Assembly (NCBI GenBank): GCA_002269645.1
Contig: NIVC01003878.1
Location: forward strand, 1 to 64,000
From: Macrostomum lignano
Lineage: Eukaryota
Direction: 5' to 3'
DNA: 64,000 bases
Both the position numbers and the translations under genes were made by a program. Of the stretch, positions 37,201-49,140 are shown piece after piece (the stretch's first letter is position 1; each line of letters starts with the position of its first letter). The notes beneath the pieces are model-generated. The model did not search any database. It was not told where the DNA came from and worked only from the letters and a program-made list of their open reading frames with translations.

Positions 37201-40200
37201 ACTTGAATTGCCCGCAACCCCCTGCCCCCAGCCCCGCAGAGTCGGTCAGAAACTGCTCTGCCACTCTGTCTGGCAATAAAATTTTGATATTTATCGCCTT
37301 TTTAGAACCATACATGGGGAGCATGCGGCGTGCAGAAGAGAATTGAAGCCGGCAGCAGCAGCAGCACACGAGGGGGGGGGGCCGGTCACCCCGGCCGCGG
37401 CCCCTTTTTGACCCCTGCTTAAAATTGTTATAAAAGTTATAAAACCCACCGACCGGTTGCTATCGTGTTGCTAGGCCGATACTTGTGTGGCAACTGGCAA
37501 TAACTATATAAATATATATATTCAAATTTCTGACCTTACCTGTTGAAGCAACACAGAAATTCAGCCTGTGTCTCTGCTTTCATCTTATTGCCTCACTCTC
37601 ACCCTGTCTGTCTCACCCTAACACTGTCTCACTCCCACACTGTCTCACTCCCACACTGTCTCACTCCCACACTGTCTCACTCCCACACTGTCTCACTCCC
37701 CCTCACTGTCTCACTCCCACACTATCTCACTCCCACACTGTCTCACTCCCACACTGTCTCACTCCCACACTGTCTCACTCTCACACTGTCTCACTCCCCC
37801 TCACTGTCTCACTCCCACACTATCTCACTCCCACACTGTTTCACTCCCACACTGTCTCACTCTCACTCTGTCTCACTTCCCCTGCCTCATCCACACTGTC
37901 TCACTCCCACACTGTCTCACTCCCACACCGTCTCACTCCCAGTCTCACTCCCACACTGTCTCACTCCCACACCGTCTCACTCCCAGTCTCACTCCCACAC
38001 TGTCTCACTCCCACACTGTCTCACTCTCACACTGTCTCACTCCCCCTCACTGTCTCACTCCCACACTATCTCACTCCCACACTGTCTCACTCCCACACTG
38101 TCTCACTCCCACACTGTCTCACTCCCACACTGTCTCACTCCCACACTGTCTCACTCTCACACTGTCTCACTCCCCCTCACTGTCTCACTCCCACACTACT
38201 CCCACACTGTCTCACTCCCACACTGTCTCACTCACTCACTTCCCCACTGTCTCACTCCCACACTGTCTCACTCTCACTCTGTCTCACTTCCCCTGTCTCA
38301 TCCACACTGTCTCACTCCCACACTCTCACTCCCACACTGTCTCACTCCCACACCGTCTCACTCCCAGTCTCACTCCCACACTGTCTCACTCCCACACTGT
38401 CTCACTCTCACTCTGTCTCACTTCCCCTGTCTCATCCACACTGTCTCACTCCCACACTCTCACTCCCACACTGTCTCACTCCCACACCGTCTCACTCCCA
38501 GTCTCACTCCCACACTGTCTCACTCCCACACCGTCTCACTCCCACACTGTCTCACTCCCACACTGTCTCACTCCCACAGTCTCACTCCCACACTGTCTCA
38601 CTCCCACACTGTCTCACTCCCACACTGTCTCACTCCCACAGTCTCACTCCCACACAGTCTCACTCAAACGAAAAAGTCAAAGGTATAGAAAGACTCACTC
38701 GGCTTTGGTGAGACTCAAGACGACAGGCGGGCCGCTGGCATTGATGTACATGCTGAGCTTCAATGAAGCGCGGTAGCTCTCCTGGGAACAAATCCGTCAT
38801 ACTCGTGCAAATAAGTACAAAATTTGGAGTTAAAATAATTTTCAAATGTCAATCAAAACAAGATCGGCCATTCACTCACATAGGGCGCATTTTCCACGCA
38901 CTGTTTCAGCGGGGCTAGGGGCTGCGTGTCGCACAGAATATAAGTTACTGTGAACACCTTGTAGCCAAGGAATGCTTTGTAGTCTTCCATGGCCTTGACA
39001 ATTGCCTTGGCATCGGCTGGGCATCCGGACAGACAGAGCGGCCAGTTGTTGCAGTGGAAGCGGAACTCGCTGGGCGACACTGCAAATGGGAATCAATTAA
39101 CAGCTTGGGGGATTAGTGTGCCTGGATTAGCCCGATGCAAACTTCTAAGCACAGTGCAATTTGATTGTCAGGGTCTCTGAGTTGGGTGTCAGGGGCTCCG
39201 AGTTGGGTGTCAGGGGCTCCGAGTTGGGTGTCAGGGGCTCCGAGTTGGGTGTCAGGGGCTCCGAGTTGGGTGTCAGGGTCTCTGAGTTGGGTGTCAGGGG
39301 CTCCGAGTTGGGTGTCAGGGGCTCCGAGTTGGGTGTCAGGGGCACCGAGTTGGGTGTCAGAGGCACCGAGTTGGGTGTCAGGGGCTCCGAGTTGGGTGTC
39401 AGGGGCACCGAGTTGGGTGTCAGAGGCACCGAGTTGGGTGTCAGAGGCACCGAGTTGGGTGTCAGGGGCACCGAGTTGGGTGTCAGGGGCACCGAGTTGG
39501 GTGTCAGGGGCACCGAGTTGGGTGTCAGGGGCTCCGAGTTGGGTGTCAGGTCAGGGGCTCCGAGTTTGTTGTCAGGGGCACCGAGTTGGGTGTCAGGTCA
39601 GGGGCTCCGAGTTGAGTGTCAGGGGCTTTGATCCGGAATTCAGAGTAACAATTAATTTTATTTCAGACCCTACCCAATTGCTTCTGGCGGGCCAACTTTA
39701 AATATAACAACAATAGTGATTTATCTAGGCGTTTAAGTAAGCGGAGGCTGGGGTAGTTTTCCAAGAAATCGAGAACCCGGGAGCGCGCCAAGTGTAAAGC
39801 GACTGGGGGGTGGGGGGTGGCAAAACGCTAAACGGGTCACAGGGGATTAGGGCAGTCCCGTTGAGTAGGCAGGCAAGACAAATAAACACTGGATGGAATT
39901 GAGCTCCATGAGGCCGCCAGAACACTGACGCCTAACCATATGCATGAACCGAGGCCATGCACACAATTCTAACATTAGTTCGAACAAACCTTGGAATTTG
40001 GGGAATAGCGGCTGCAGAGACAGACTTAATAATAATACAAAAAATAAGGGGAGAGGAGAGAAGGGGAGAGATGAGAGGGAGAATTGGGAGATGCACAGAC
40101 GAGATCAGGACGCATCATTCAACGGAATCAAAGACTTGGAAGTTTTGCGTCAAGTTTAGTTAGTTTAAAGCACTAAAAAGAAACTGCGGGACCTCGTGAG

Positions 40201-41174
40201 AAAACTTGACGAAAAACCCGGAAACCAGAAACCATATACCAGACACAATAAAAATGGTGCTTCCTGGCTCAGTACTAAATTAATAATCGCGCAAGATTGT
40301 AACATTCCAAGTTCCAGCCATTCCACCAGCTCCAGTCCGACAACTGGCTTAAACAGGCCAAGTTTTGCCGATCAGATCGTCAGGAAAGGAGCCGGAGTGT
40401 GAGCCACTAAGCCAGTTATAAACTTTTATTAACTAACCCCCCCCACCCCACACACGCACACTCAAGCGGACCCCCGCTGCTTTCCAACAACACGCTGATG
40501 AAATGCCGGTTTTATTGGGCCCGCCCGCCGCCAGCACGGGGGCGATTCCAGCCGCCACCCCATTGACTCGTTTTAAAATAAAAGCCGCGCGGGCTCGCCT
40601 CCGCCCCAGCTCCCACTTCTCTCTAGATAGAAATTTTGAGAGCCATATAAACAGGATGGAATTGGTCGTAAATAGGAGGCCGACCGATCATGGACCTTAG
40701 AAGTTGTAAATCCACCACGGCCCAGCGACTGACGGCGGCGGGCCTGGAACAGCTCTTGGCAAAGGGCTCGAAATGCTGCTTCGTATGCCTGAAATGCTCT
40801 TGGAGCGTTCCAGCGGCGCAGCCAGGCATTGGGGTGGGCACGTGGGCTGGAGCAGCAAAAATTCTGGGAAATGGAAGGGGAGGCAAGGGGCCGAAAAGAT
40901 GGCATTCCTTGCAGCCTTACTGCTGGCGTCCCTGCTGCTGGCACCTCCACGTACTGCGGCGCCACGACCCCACGATGGAGCCCCCACCAAAAATCCTGCT
41001 ACATACCTGAGTAGATAGGTAGATAGAGATACATAGATAGATAGACAGAGAGATAGATAGAGAGATAGATAGATAGATAGATAGAGAGATAGATAGAGAA
41101 ATAGATAGATAGATAGAGAGATAGATAGATAGAGAGATAGATAGATAGAGAGAGAGATAGAGAGATAGATAGAG

Positions 41175-41221
<47 letters not shown>

Positions 41222-41434
41222 GAGATAGATAGATAGATAGATAGAGAGATAGATAGATAGAGAGATAGATAGAGAAATAGATAGATAGATAGAGAGATAG
41301 ATAGATAGAGAGAGTGATAGAGAGATAGATAGAGAGATAGATAGATAGAGAGATAGATAGATAGATAGATAGATAGAGAGATAGATAGATAGATAGATAG
41401 AGAGATAGATAGATAGAGAGATAGATAGATAGAG

Positions 41435-41497
<63 letters not shown>

Positions 41498-41498
41498 G

Positions 41499-41565
<67 letters not shown>

Positions 41566-41566
41566 G

Positions 41567-41652
<86 letters not shown>

Positions 41653-41654
41653 GC

Positions 41655-41728
<74 letters not shown>

Positions 41729-42957
41729 GCAGACAGACAGATAGACAGACAGACAGACGCAGACAGACATGTTTTTTTCGATTTGGCCTATTTTGAGGAC
41801 AAATATTTTGCGGCTATCGTTACTGTTAGAGGGACAAATGCATTCCTGGATTTCAAAGTAACAAGTTAGCGTAAATTAATTAAAAAACAATCACAACTAC
41901 ACATCGGGGTGCACAGACTCAACAGTGTTCTATTCTCACTTCATTTACTTTGTGAATTTAGCCAGTTTGGGAGGGGGATTAACAGCACAAAGGTCCCATG
42001 CAGCGCCTGCAGGGGGCAGGGGGCGGGGGGGGGTCGGTCAGGCTGGCAGAGTGGCACAGAGGCTGTAAAAGCTACCCAGACCCGAAAACACAGATAAAAA
42101 TGCCGCCCGCGTGGCCCCAGCCCCCAATAAAAGTTAAAATAAAGACCACACGGTGGGGGGGCATTTTAAGACCCAGCCATAGAGACGCACAAGTCTTTCT
42201 TCCCCTCATACCGCTATATAGTGATGAGAGTACAAGCAAAGTCTGCGCTAGTATTGGGGTGCAATAAATCTTCTGAAGGCCCCGAGACAACAGCGGCGGT
42301 TTCTTGGTCTGTGGTGTGTGTTGTGTGTGCGTGTGTCTCTCTCACTGAGCAGGGAGAACATGCACAAGCGACTTAGCGACACTCTCCAAAAAGTGGAGCT
42401 TAATTCGTTTCTTAAATTCGTGTTTTTAACACACGATGAGTCGGGAGTTGCATTGAAAACTGAGCACTTAAATGCACTCAATGGCTGCTTACAAACAAAC
42501 TTGATTGTGTGTCTGGGCTGGGGGTTCCCGAACCCGAGCTTTTCTAGGTCACCACCTTATTACGAGAGTACTGAGAGCACCATAGCAGAAGGCCTGTAGT
42601 TAACCAATGTACATTTGTTATACATCCAACTTAATCATGCTAATCTGCCTTGATCTAATTAGCATAATTGCGTTATGCTACAGAGTAGAGACAGAGGTTC
42701 GAGCTGCAGTGCCATGGAGCTGGGCCCCCAATTCCGCCTATGATGGCTCGATTCAAGGTCAAATGGATGGAAGACCGAGAACTCTGAATAGGAGAAACGA
42801 AGGCTATAGATGAGGACCCCCAATGAGAATGAATATACGAGTTAAATTACTCACTGGCCGCAGAGCACGCCAGAAAAGCGTTAGTCGATAAGGCAGCTAG
42901 AATTAGCAGACACCTGACTGCTGACGGCGAAATCAGGCCTTGACAACTGGGTGTCAT
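20946..42957 (-). CDS. ADAM-family (reprolysin/disintegrin/Cys-rich/EGF/TM) protein, 8 exons, 1037 aa, non-catalytic
   Basis: Exons 42957-42855, 39079-38880, 38781-38699, 31201-30733, 29775-29351, 23847-22890, 22653-22151, 21318-20946. All introns are GT-AG with matching phases; total 3114 nt = 1038 codons. Domains: signal peptide, prodomain (CFYEGKIQGDPQSSAFVDVC), reprolysin fold, disintegrin (CGNGRLDRSEECD; CRASTNNCDLPELCNG), Cys-rich, EGF (CSGRGVC..CLCRPGWTGRSC), TM, long cytoplasmic tail. Confidence 0.9.
21631..22086 (-). mobile_element. Same MITE, copy 2, inverted, in last ADAM intron
   Basis: Reverse complement of copy 1 over the full length; TSD GTTTTTCC/TTTTTTCC (7 of 8). Confidence 0.85.
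22151..22653 (-). CDS. ADAM exon 7 (TM helix and cytoplasmic tail)
   Basis: catcag|CTG...CG|gtgaga; LICALVGFFLLLLVVTSAYIC then RKK. Confidence 0.88.
22890..23847 (-). CDS. ADAM exon 6 (disintegrin, Cys-rich, EGF)
   Basis: ctccag|C TGC...ATT|gtgagt; canonical disintegrin Cys spacing. Confidence 0.92.
25000..29262. repeat. 27 bp minisatellite (ATGGGATTTGGGATATTTTATAATCAG)n with higher-order structure
   Basis: About 158 units; identical derived ORFs recur at 216 and 1809 bp offsets. Confidence 0.95.
29351..29775 (-). CDS. ADAM exon 5 (reprolysin-like domain, degenerate zinc site LAGLAVAEQLGMLA)
   Basis: cgcag|TAC...GA|gtgagt; aligns to the reprolysin pattern (ALLLLTG, VC, xLGM). Confidence 0.85.
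29840..30670. repeat. 20 bp minisatellite (GAGACTAGATTGGATGAGCT)n interrupted by the 140 bp insert
   Basis: Direct inspection. Confidence 0.95.
30331..30470 (-). mobile_element. 140 bp solo-LTR-like insertion
   Basis: Interrupts a 20 bp minisatellite; TGT...ACA termini; 5 bp TSD GAGCT on both sides; AATAAA near the 3' end on the minus strand. Confidence 0.75.
30733..31201 (-). CDS. ADAM exon 4 (prodomain and start of metalloprotease-like domain)
   Basis: cgcag|C TTC...CTG|gtgcgc; CFYEGKIQGDPQSS and VVKLAVVIDYSL. Confidence 0.9.
31205..32006. repeat. 40-41 bp minisatellite (GAGCCAGTGTACATTGGGTAAGGGACAGGGGGTTGGCGGA)n
   Basis: About 20 units abutting the ADAM exon 4 acceptor. Confidence 0.95.
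32749..33352. repeat. (CAGA)n plus GACAGGGAGAGACAGGCAGACA-type repeat
   Basis: Direct inspection. Confidence 0.95.
33788..34265. repeat. (TATC)n microsatellite, degenerate
   Basis: Direct inspection. Confidence 0.95.
35150..35877. repeat. 17 bp minisatellite (CTTCCCCAATCCTTAAA)n
   Basis: Direct inspection. Confidence 0.95.
36390..36712. repeat. 24 bp minisatellite (CTCTCTAATCCTACATCTATCTAC)n
   Basis: Direct inspection. Confidence 0.9.
37600..38665. repeat. 16 bp minisatellite (CACACTGTCTCACTCC)n
   Basis: Direct inspection. Confidence 0.95.
38699..38781 (-). CDS. ADAM exon 3 (prodomain ESYRASLKLSMYINASGPPVVLSLTKA)
   Basis: cccag|GAG...GA|gtgagt; phase 0 to 2; joins to D-FIAPRG. Confidence 0.8.
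38880..39079 (-). CDS. ADAM exon 2 (N-terminal prodomain, Cys-containing)
   Basis: ttgcag|TG...TAT|gtgagt; phase 1 to 0. Confidence 0.8.
39165..39628. repeat. 21 bp minisatellite (GGGTGTCAGGGGCTCCGAGTT)n
   Basis: Direct inspection. Confidence 0.95.
41003..41768. repeat. Compound (GATA)n(GACA)n microsatellite
   Basis: Direct inspection. Confidence 0.95.
42855..42957 (-). CDS. ADAM exon 1 (signal peptide MTPSCQGLISPSAVRCLLILAALSTNAFLACSAA)
   Basis: ATG, hydrophobic stretch, strong donor A|GTGAGT in phase 1 matching the next exon; too short for the ORF track. Confidence 0.75.
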
Positions 42958-43179
42958 ATTTATTTTACTTTGCAGATGCTGGGCTGACAACTCTGCAGTT
43001 AGTGCAAGTCACTAGCTCTTTAAGTAGCTATTTTGTAGCGAAAGGCTGCGGTGTTTATACGAAAAAACACAGCAAGTCAAGTGCGGCTTGTATTTCTATG
43101 TAAAGCAACAATTGAAACAGAAAAGTCTAGTGTCTAGAAACCAAATGCATGGCTAATATATAGAAGTAGCGGGTGGAGA

Positions 43180-43245
43180 CGAGGGCCTGCCCCCGCCCCT
43201 CACTCCACCCCGAACCTCACAGTTAACAACAGCCAATCAGCGCCG
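43180..43245. promoter_or_regulatory. Candidate ADAM proximal promoter elements (GC box CCCCGCCCC, CCAATCAG box)
   Basis: Motifs lie 230-290 bp upstream of the inferred ATG at 42957; motif match only. Confidence 0.3.
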
Positions 43246-43541
43246 ACCAAATCTTGTCTGGCGAAGTCATTCTGCGTGTGCGTTATATACTACTGATGAA
43301 ATAGAATATAAGCGAATGGTAGTAGTATTGAAACTTAGCTTAAAATAGGATACTTATTTATTCTTGTCATTTTAAAGGGCTAACGACGACAACAACAACA
43401 GAAGAAACAACCCAAAAAGTTATGCAGTCAAGGTGTGTCAGATAACACGCCGCAGCGTGAGCGAGCGGACGGAGTCAGTCTACGAATCGACGCGTAGTCG
43501 CGTAGTAGGCAGTCGATGTATCGACGGGTTCGCGCCAGGTC

Positions 43542-43945
43542 CACAGACAGATACTAAAATAACTGGATAGGCCACTCAGGCACAAATACTTAGTAAAACA
43601 GCTTTCTACTTTCAGTTCAGTAGCAATGAAGAAGTTTAGAAGCCCAAGCTTGCAGACGAAAACAATTTGCTAATTGGTTCAGCAATAATGTACATTACCC
43701 AGTCCAAATGAAATGTACATGGCAGCTTTCCGAGAATTCCGAGAAAGGCAATAAAAATTGGGGCGAGGCGGGGGAATAGTGTGAAAAGGTGCGGTTGGAG
43801 GGTTTAAGCTGGGGCTTAAGAGCCAATAAATGAGCCTTGACTTTAAAAATACATCAAAATGCTTCTGTTTAACTTGCTACTGATACTGAACTGAAAGTAG
43901 TTTACACGCAAATGTGCTGTGTGGATGGCCCATCTAGTTATTCTA
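43542..43945 (+). mobile_element. Same MITE, copy 3, older, with internal deletion and damaged right end
   Basis: Clear similarity to copy 1; right end runs into a (TA)n tract; no TSD found. Confidence 0.8.
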
Positions 43946-43980
43946 TACATATTCTATATATATATATATATATATCTATA

Positions 43981-45760
43981 CAAGGTGAACAGCAGGACGT
44001 CCTGTAGAGTCAGGGGGTAGTAGCTCTCGGCCCGGGTCACGTGACCCGCAGGTTGAAGTCGCTACCTGTGCAAGGATGCCTGGATGCCAGACGGGCGTTG
44101 CAGCTGGGCCCTCTGGTACAGAGCTTTGGTCCCAACGCCCTCGTCAGCTCGAAAGGCGGTGCAGAGCAGCCCCGAACGCGCCGAGTCCAGCTAGATAGAT
44201 TCGCGGTGCGGGACATCAGCGATATCCCCTGTTGGTCTTCTTTCCGCGTTGTTCTGGCTTTGTTTGGGATCAGCACAATGTGCGCTGCTTTCTAATCGGT
44301 GGGTGCAGGGGCGCCAGTAAGCACGCGGTTCATCACGCATGAATCACCTGGGAAGCCTCACAGCAGAGCCGCAGAGGTTCGACCAGAACTCCGTCCGGCC
44401 CTATCCGTTTTGTTGCCTGTGGCGCCTGTTTGTTGTAGGAACCGGGCTGGTACAGAAATCCTTCTCAGCTGTTCGGCGTGTGTTCGGCGTGAGCGAGAAG
44501 TTGGTGGGTAGCGGTGGTGCCATCACGTTCACGATGCTGGCGAATTAAGTCACGAAGGTCAATCCTGCGCTCCTTCGGAGAGTCGCCGGCCAGGTTCACC
44601 GCCACGTGCTTTTTGTGTCCAGTCAGGGTGCGAACAGCCGTCCACACTGCTCAGGTCTTGAGGTCGAGGCCGGCTAAAATGACGGACCGGACGGCGTCGT
44701 CGACATAGTCCTGCTGCCGCTCGTCCAGTAGGTGCATAAAAAGCGTCCTCAGCGTCGCCCGTGGGCCGTCAGTTTCTCCTAAGGCTGGTGGATCCGCTCT
44801 GCCAGACAAGCAAGCGGTTGCTGCACCGATCCTATCAGCGGGACCATCTGTTCAGCAGTAACTCTCACGGCGGCGCTGATGTCTACACAGCCCGCCTCGC
44901 GCTGATCGCTATGCGCGTCGGCGAAGGCATCGGCAAACTGTCGTTTCGTGCAAGAGTCCAACAGAGCGCGGTAGTAGCGTCGTGGCCGCTTCTTAGAACG
45001 TAGGTAGATCTGGTAGTTGAGTTGAGTTGCATGTTGCAGAGCAGGAGTCAGTGGTCTGACCGGAAAGCCAGCGGTGTCATGGTGTCGCAGTTAATGACGA
45101 AACGACGCTCGCCAGTCCGGACCAGCGCGTGATCGGGTTGCACTAGCCACTTCGTGGCGTTCCACCCGCGTGCATTCCGCCGCCTCCTCTTGCAGCCCGC
45201 AAAGGTGACCAGGCGGGAGGGGGACATGCGGAACTGGGTGTTAGCGGACACCAGGTCTAGCCGGGCCAGCTGGTCCTCCCAGCGCATTCGTCTTGGCGCT
45301 CTCGCGTCCGGTGACAAATGAGGAGCGCTCAGACCTTCATGGAGAGGAATTGCATTTCTGCCTCCGAGCACCACTAGTGTGTCTCGGCTTGGTACTTTAT
45401 CCAGCTGCTCAGCCAGGAGGTCAAAAAACACTCGTGCTTCCTCTGGGTGAGCAGCTTTGGGCGAGAACGCGCAGAACAACCGAGCACGCAGGCACAGGTC
45501 GACACTTAACAGACGCGGGGACAGCCAGCGACACGCAGTGCATGCCGAAGGCGCGGTGCAATCAGTAAAACGACGTCGGTCGCGGTCTTCTGCCGACGTG
45601 TACAAGAGGTTCCACCCGACTCCAAGGTTCTCAGAATGAAGATCTGGCTTAGAGACCTGCAGCGCTAATAAATTCAGCTGTAGCTGTAGGGAGCCTAGCC
45701 TGAGGCGGCCAGATGGTAAAGCTGGGACCCAATGCCATTGAGCCTGTTGATCATTTATTT
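43981..45760 (-). mobile_element. Decayed RTE-like non-LTR retrotransposon (AP endonuclease + start of RT), 3' truncated
   Basis: APE motifs (LALQ, FFDLLAEQLDKVPSRDTLVVLG, LVSANTQF, DHALVR, AFRSDH). RT N-terminus with stops and frameshifts (GPDGVLVE, KAAHIVLIPNK, GISLMS). Confidence 0.85.
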
Positions 45761-48358
45761 CACTAGAATAAAACTTCAAGAGCTGGAAATTTAAAATCAT
45801 CGAATTACTCGTAATTTAAGTTGTGAGCTGGCGGAAGTGAGTAGCAAGACTTTTGTGAGTAGCAGGACTTTAATAAGAAATTAAAAATAATGATAACAAT
45901 AGGATGATGAGTTTCGAGCTTGTGAAGATTTAAGGTTCCAAAAGGTTCTGTCTTTTGACAATGTACCTATGATTGGAGATATTGCCACACTCTAGCAACT
46001 TGCCAAACCTTGCTTCTAGTGACTTCTGGCTGCTTGGTGGATGATAGAAAAGGCCACATTACAGGGCATGACCTTTGTCACCAGCCAGTAAGTCAGAGGT
46101 GCCCTCAAGGAATTCAACACAAGTGTGTCCTAAAAGGTGCATGTTTAGTACAGTTGAGAAAAAAGAACTTTCTTGCCTTTTAATTATTTAATAATAGTTT
46201 TAAAGTTTCTCCACACATTTTCTAATTCTAAATAAACCTTGTATTATAAAATGTTATACATGAAAGTTTATTATTATTTAGATATCATTAATTATGACTA
46301 TTAAATTATATAGAATTTAGACTATTCCTAGGATATTAAGTAAAAAAATATTCAAAATAAATAGCCAACCTTTGGCAGATTAGAAATCCATAGGATCTAA
46401 AGTTCATTGACACATGGAGAAGGTTCTAGTGATAAACTTATATTAAAAAGGCCAAAAAGATTTTATTTGTATAAAAAAATTTCTTAAGAGAAAACAGAGA
46501 TCTAATACTAATAGCTCCTACAGGGGTAGCTTAGGCCTATCTATCCCCTCAAATATGCCACTAGGACTGATAACTTTCCATTAAGTATTTAAAAAATTGT
46601 CTAATCACAAAACTAAATAAAGAAAGATATAATTGGTTCTTATATTTTTAAACAATATAGTCAAATTGACAATAATGGATAAATATATATTTGTAGCAGT
46701 AGTAGAAGTTGGCTTAGGCAAGGCACCTATTGGGCCAATAATGGGTTTGTGTATTAGTTTAGTTTAGTTTGGTTTAGTTTTAGGGGTAAACTTGGCTCTC
46801 TACTATGTCAACATAAATTAGAAAAGAATAAAAAGCCAAATTTATTTGAAAATTTTAAAATTGAGTGGACATTTAGATTTTGGGATATAAATGCTCGATT
46901 TTTCTATTATAAACATTTTGGAAAAAATAGGAAAAAATAAAAAATAACATAATCCTTCATCTAATCTAAATTCGCATAAAAGATCACTACAGTAAATTTT
47001 AGCGTAAAATATTAAATAAGCATGTCTACATCAGTAGCTAAAATTCTGAATATGAAAATAAACAAAAATTCTATTCTATTCTTCATGACTAATTTTTATC
47101 AGAAATAAGACGCAAAGATGATAATAAACAGATAGAAAATTTATACACCAGAGCGAAATGAGGCAGTATATTAATGAAGAATGTTTCATGTATGTTTCGG
47201 GTACACACGAGGTGTTGCTGCTCAGTATGCAGAACGAATTCTTGGAAAGCACGTTGCATCTAGAAAATTTGAACTGTCTATATAATTCGATAAAACAAAA
47301 TACACTAAAAGGTGTGTGAATTGATTAAAGTTTCTTAGCAGTGTTAACAGTTTAAGATTAAAGTATATGAGAAATTCAGTAAAATAATACCATTTAATTA
47401 TATTTACTTTTTCTCTAAAAGCTGCAAAGCTTTGAGCTGCAAGCTGATCATGGCGCACTGACAAGCAATTACACCACTCAAATAACACTGAAGCTGTTAG
47501 TCCACCAAGACCGCAACAGAGGAAAATATAGCTGTCTTCTCTTCAGTCCTCTTGTATGAGCGTTCCTCATGAGAGTCAAGGGAGCCCATTTGGGTTGACT
47601 ACTAGTTGATCAATGCACAAATTAATATTTGTGGTACTCCTCATGGTTAAATGCAATTAAAAGTTAAAACCTGGATATTTATGTTTATGTAAATTGCGGA
47701 TACATGCATAAAAGTTTACTACAGTCTAAAAGTCTGTGATTAACAATATTGTATCTTATTAAATCATCATCTACTATAACTAGAGATTTTAGGTAGCCAG
47801 CGATTTTAAATCCGTAAATTCGGAATTCGAATCACGCGTGCTTAAACACGTGCTTAAAAATAAATTATGAAAAAGAAACTGATAATTAAGCTGCATCTGT
47901 AAGCTAGGCCACACGTATTCTGTATTTCTGTCCAAAAGATTGATGGATGACTTCAGTGCCGGTATTCATTCGTTCCTTTAAGCAAGACAAAAATTCAAAT
48001 TTCTGCGACAAAAATTAGATGCGAAACTGGACAAACAGAATTTGTCTCATAAAAATACTAAATGCATATAAAACTCCGACAAACAAAATTAGATAGCAGA
48101 CTTGACCAAATTTTGTATTGACTGATGTGTTACATGCATATGCAAGATTCGCTTCCTAAGCTGAAATGTATGTTTTACCACGCAGAGCAAATCCTGCATC
48201 CTTATTTGAACTGCTAATGGACCACCATTTCTGAAATGTTTGCTGGCCCGAAAGACAATACAGAAAATCTACAAATTCCATCGGGAAACTGCTAAAGCAA
48301 GACAAAATGCTGGCGGGAATTGTTAAGACAGACGGAAAATCTAACAGGATCGAACGCC

Positions 48359-49140
48359 ATGGACTTGATTACCGCAGTTCTGACTCTGTATGCCACGGCA
48401 TTCTCGGCCCTAACGCTTGCAAACCTGTCTAGTTACGATAGAATCCAAGGACGCCTATGCATTGCCGCCGACTTTAAGCGGCCGTTGCCGAATTGCTCGT
48501 CCAAGCTCAAGTGCGCCGCGGTTTGCTCATCCAAGCCGGTCTGCCGAGCTTTCACTTTCGATCCGGACAGCTCGCTCTGCGTCCACTACGCGTTCGACAA
48601 GTGCAGCAAAAATGTGGCGCAGAGCTGCAACACCAGCTGCCCGACTGTTGGGACAGTCTTCATCAAGAAGCTGACCGGACTGCCACCGGGCCAACTGTGC
48701 CCCGGAGGCTACGAGAACCATCGGTGCGGAGTTCGCTACCGGATCTACGAAGTTACAGACGGAAGCTGGGAGACCGGGCGAAGCATCTGCGACTCGGAGG
48801 CCGGCCTCGTCACCATGGCTGACATCGCGGACATCAGCGAAAAGGCGCACTTGGTGTCAGTTCTGAATGGCACCGATAAAAAACTAGGATTCGTGTCCGG
48901 ACTGAAAAAAACCCGGAGTGTCGGACCCTGCTAAAGGATGGTCTTGGGCCAACTGCAATACCAGCTTCGTCTCCGGCCTTTGGGCTTTGAATCGTTCTTT
49001 CAGAACCGAATGGAGGAATCGACGAACCGTTTACTGGCCTCACGGCGTCGGGCCTGGCTGATCTGCCAAGAAACATAACCCCCTACAATTTTTTGACACC
49101 CACCGGAGTGATCTGTAAGTGCGTGTCTCCGTTCGATTAG
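48359..49140 (+). pseudogene. Secreted PAN/apple + C-type lectin domain gene with two frameshifts (pseudogene or sequencing error)
   Basis: Signal peptide MDLITAVLTLYATAFSALTLA. PAN motif CAAVCSSKPVCRAFTFDPDSSLC. CTL start (CGVRYRIY..SWETGRSIC..MADI). Stop at 48934, but shifted frames continue with GWSWANCNTSFVSGLWA and then SEPNGG..GLADLP..VICKC-stop at 49140. Confidence 0.75.

Noticed and set aside
43270-43340. CTGATGA...GAAA hammerhead-like core
   Set aside because: Flanking stems do not pair in hammerhead topology.
46200-47200. AT-rich stretch suggestive of a NUMT or degenerate 7TM gene on the minus strand
   Set aside because: Hydrophobic-looking translations have many stops under both standard and flatworm mitochondrial codes and no recognisable motif; needs BLASTx.
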